Shown here: piece after piece, positions 60,259-64,000 of the stretch
How positions within the stretch are numbered: the first letter of the stretch is position 1
Layout of the letters: the number at the start of each line of letters is the position of its first letter
NCBI GenBank assembly: GCA_964016885.1
Contig: OZ024758.1
Span: 14,074,001 to 14,138,000 of the forward strand
DNA length: 64,000 nt
Source of the DNA: Eledone cirrhosa
Taxonomy: Eukaryota
Reading direction: 5' to 3'
Program-made: the position numbers and the translations under genes
The notes under the pieces: generated by a model
What the model saw: the letters and a program-made list of their open reading frames with translations, nothing else
What the model was told of the DNA's origin: nothing
The model's database searches: none

Positions 60259-60381
60259 ATAGGAAAAAGTATGACCCCGACGACAGAGCTCTAGCCATTT
60301 CGACGGCTATTTCTGGACTGAGTCAAGAAATACCCGTCGAAACGGCTTGAGCTCTGCCGTCGGGGTCATACTTTTTCCTAT
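60259..60381. repeat. Fold-back palindrome, ~60-bp arms
   Basis: Arms are reverse complements with 5 mismatches and essentially no loop. Confidence 0.92.
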
Positions 60382-60393
60382 ATATATATATAT

Positions 60394-60470
60394 ATATTTA
60401 TTAAAATAACAGATTAAAGTTTAAGCAAAGAATCGCTGCTTAAACTTTAATCTGTTATTTTAATAAATAT
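60394..60470. repeat. Perfect 34-bp inverted repeat, 9-nt loop
   Basis: ATATTTATTAAAATAACAGATTAAAGTTTAAGCA followed by its exact reverse complement. Confidence 0.92.
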
Positions 60471-60553
60471 TTGCTCTACAGTTCTTATATATTTGATATA
60501 TATTTATCCTTATCGAGCCCTCTTTGGATTTTAGTCTTCAAATTTATTATTAT

Positions 60554-60584
<31 letters not shown>

Positions 60585-60587
<3 letters not shown>

Positions 60588-62340
60588 TGTTGGTACAGAT
60601 CATTTTAACTAACAAAATTGTCTCGGTAAACATGGCATAGGTATCATCAATTTAAATGGACTCTCTTTGCTTTCCTTGTGCAGTGAGTTTGGTATCTGTA
60701 TAACGAATACCTTGTTTCAACAGGTCAATAAATATAAAACCATCTGGAGACACCCAAGATCAGGTCATGGGCATATGCTTGACTATGTCATGATGTTCAG
60801 CCACGATAAAGGTGATGTCACACTAGCTTGGGCCTTTCCCTTGACACAGTGTTGGTCAGACCATGCTTTAGTGCGAAGTTTCATAAGAATTAAGCTAAAG
60901 CCAGCAGCTAAACATAATTGGAAACACCTCCCAAATAAATTGAACATCGTTAAGCTCAAAACTGATGAAAGAAACCCTTTTGTTAATACTTTAGATGAAA
61001 ATCTGCAGAACATAAACATCAGAGGAAATATTGAGGAAACATGGACCCAGTTGAGAGATAAAATCTTTGAGTCTTCGAGGAAGGTTCTAGACTTTCCTAA
61101 AAGGAAGAGCCAAGACTGGTTTGATGAAAATGATGAAATCATAAATGTGGAACTTTAATAAATGTACTGGCTACACAAGAAATGGATAGCAGGTAATAAT
61201 AATTCTAAAAGAAAAAATATTACAAAGTGCCAAAAAACACAATTCAAACAAAGCTACACAAAATGAAGCAAAAATGGAGGAATGAAATAGCGAACGCACT
61301 TCAGAAATCATTTGACAGGCATTACATGAAGTCTTTTTATCAAAATTTGAAGGAAGTGTTTGGACCAAGCAGGGATGGAAGCTCTCCCATCCTATCAGTT
61401 GATGGTGATCTTTTGACAGATTGGCAGGATATAATAAAGCAGTGGGCAAAAGACTTTAGCCTTTTCATGACTGCATTTATTTTAATTAATTATTTTAAAG
61501 AATGTTGAGGGATTTACTAAAATTATTAATTATTTCATTCTTAAGATTGTAACTTAATGTAAGGTTCTTATAAAATTATGTCGGAAGATTTAAATTTAAA
61601 TTGGAAACCTTTAAAATGGTTAACTTTATTTCATAGAACCACAGCTGGTTTTGGCCAGATTGATAACTAAAGAGCTAAAGAAATACTCAACAGAGCATCC
61701 AATGCTGATACAAATGTGATAGAAAACCTCCGCCAGAGATCAGTTATGGATTCTCTTGCTAAAATGCCATCCACAGCAGAGATGAAGGCAGTTTTTAAAC
61801 AACTGACGAATAAGAAAGCTCCTGGGGAGGATCGCATACTTGGAGAAAGTTCAGCTTATGGTAAACTTTATGGTAGACTATGGAATATTCACAATGTGTC
61901 AATTAAAACAAAAGTTTATATTTATAAAATTGTTGATCTTACAACTCTATTTTATAGGTCAGATGCTTGGATTGCCTATCACAAACACATAAATGAAATG
62001 AGCAGTTACCACATAAGATGTCTAAGGCAGATTTGTGGTATAAAATGGGATGATAGAGTGAAAAATAGCAAAGTGCTATTGGATTGCAATATTTATGGAA
62101 TAGAAACATTCTTGATCAAAATTTAGATGAGATAGTGTGGCCACATTTTGAGAATGAATGAAGAAAGAATCCCAAAGCAAGTCTTATTTGGTCAACTTAA
62201 AGACTTTCATAGAAAAAATAGGCCGGCCACTACTTCACTATAAAGACAAACTTAAGGACAATTTGAAATGTCTGAATGTGAATATTAATAGCTGTGAAAA
62301 TGTTGTCAATAATAAGACTGGATGCAGAAAGCAATGTTAT
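60585..62340 (+). mobile_element. Degenerate, internally deleted RTE/BovB-like LINE
   Basis: WRHPRSGHGHMLDY, WSDHALV, DWFDEND, KAPGED and HIRCLRQICGIKWDDRV. Confidence 0.85.
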
Positions 62341-63128
62341 ATGAAACTTTCATCATCATCATCATCATCATCAACGTTTAACGTCCGTGTTCCACGCTTG
62401 CATGGGTTTGGACGAGGGTTTTCCCACTTGAGGCAAGAGTGATTGTCTTGCTCGCATAGGACTATCTGGCGGGTTTTCTACAGCTGGATGCCCTTCCTAA
62501 CACCAACCACGTTTACAGTGTGGGGCTGGGAGGTTTTTACCGTGTTGCCTACACAGCCACATTACAGCGTGGACTGTGTCTACACGATCTCATTTGTTTC
62601 GGCCTGGATGTTGTGGCACCAACATAACTTTACATTGAAGAGGCAGTGTGGATGGGGGGGGGGTGTATTTTGTTAGAGATGCCTACTGGCTGTAGTAGGT
62701 TTTACTTTGTATTTAGGTATATATATATATCATCATCACCGTTTAATGTCCATTTGATGATGATGATATATACATACATATATATTAAGCTTCATATGGC
62801 ATTACTTTTTCAACTCAGACCTATTAATTGCAACATTTTCACATATATATGTTCTAAAAACCATCCTCTCCACATACCCATCCCAATTCAACCCCCAACA
62901 TCCACACCTGAATCTACCCCTATTTATATTGTCTCTGTCATTGTGTCATTGAATATTCAGATGAAATTCCAGAGTAACGTGACTCATCTCTTATATATAT
63001 AATAAATTGAAGTGAAAGCAACTGGTGCGTGTGTTTCTTATTGACAACATGACCCTCCCAAAGCATAACAATATCGGTTTCAACACACGTTTTCAGATAA
63101 AGAATCTTGCTAAACAAATTCAGAAACG

Positions 63129-63166
<38 letters not shown>

Positions 63167-64000
63167 ATGAAAATGATTGTGTACAGTGCTCAGGTGCACT
63201 ACAACTCATCAAAGGTGCACGTATAGTACATAGAATAATGTACAAATGTCAGGAAAGTGAACAGTGTATGAGTCATGATATACACACAGACACACACACA
63301 CATGAATGCATGTGTATGGAGGGGGAATATCAGGTGTAGTGTTAGCAAATTCCAGGAAGCATGGGAGTTTTGAAGGATGCAGTGACCCAACAGTTAACAA
63401 CTGATGCAGGTAGTTTGTTCCATACTTCAGCAACTCTGAGCGTGAAAAAAATTGTTTCCGAAAGTCATGGGAGCTGTACTGTTTTCTGACTTTATAGGAA
63501 TGCCCACGGGTGTTAGACACATGGAATTCAAAAAGGTGTTCAGGGTTGTTGTTTGAAAGATGGTTAATAATTTTGTCGGTGTCTACCAAGTGAGTTGCCA
63601 GACTTTGGAGCTTTAATGCATCCATGCACCGTATAGTCCTGTTTACAGTCGAAAGACACTTATTGTCCCCTGTCTCTATGTTGTGTTGTCTCATATGCAT
63701 TTTCCCAGTCACTTGATCTAACTCGTCATGCAACCAGGGTTCAATATTATGCAATACAATCCTTATGCACAAAATTGCATTGCCCAGGGCTGGCTGAAGA
63801 GGAAGTAGGATGCTTTTGGTCATTAGTCCCACATATTTCATTTGTTTGTTTTTTTGTGCAATTTTGCTATTGTTTCAACTTTGCTTTCATGGTGGACCCC
63901 CTGATATCTTGTATGTTAGAAAGATATGCCTACTGAAGAAAGTTTTCATCTTATTATCTCTACTTATATATATATATATATATAGGAACAAGTATGACCC

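Overview
AT-rich, repeat-dense animal genomic DNA, most likely from an octopod cephalopod (inferred from the SINE/LINE/MITE mix and (TA)n/(CAT)n microsatellites). Three protein-coding genes can be reconstructed with consistent GT-AG phases. TCTP/TPT1 is on the minus strand with 6 exons and 168 aa (3151-14524). CCDC157 is on the plus strand with 9 coding exons and about 746 aa (23757-37487). POMT2 is on the minus strand with an intronless 804-aa CDS (55715-58129). The rest is CR1, RTE, R4/Dong-like and CRE-like LINE remnants, mariner/Tc1 fragments, a TTAA-flanked piggyBac-type MITE family, tRNA-derived SINEs and four minisatellite arrays. The most interesting signals are in the TCTP introns: H/ACA-like snoRNA candidates, two unexplained structured CpG-rich islands sharing a 10-mer, a minimal hammerhead-like motif and a ~1.1-kb fold-back. 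Also notable are a LINE-derived minisatellite with an 864-bp higher-order period and twin palindromes upstream of POMT2. All ncRNA calls come from folding by eye and need covariance-model and expression checks.
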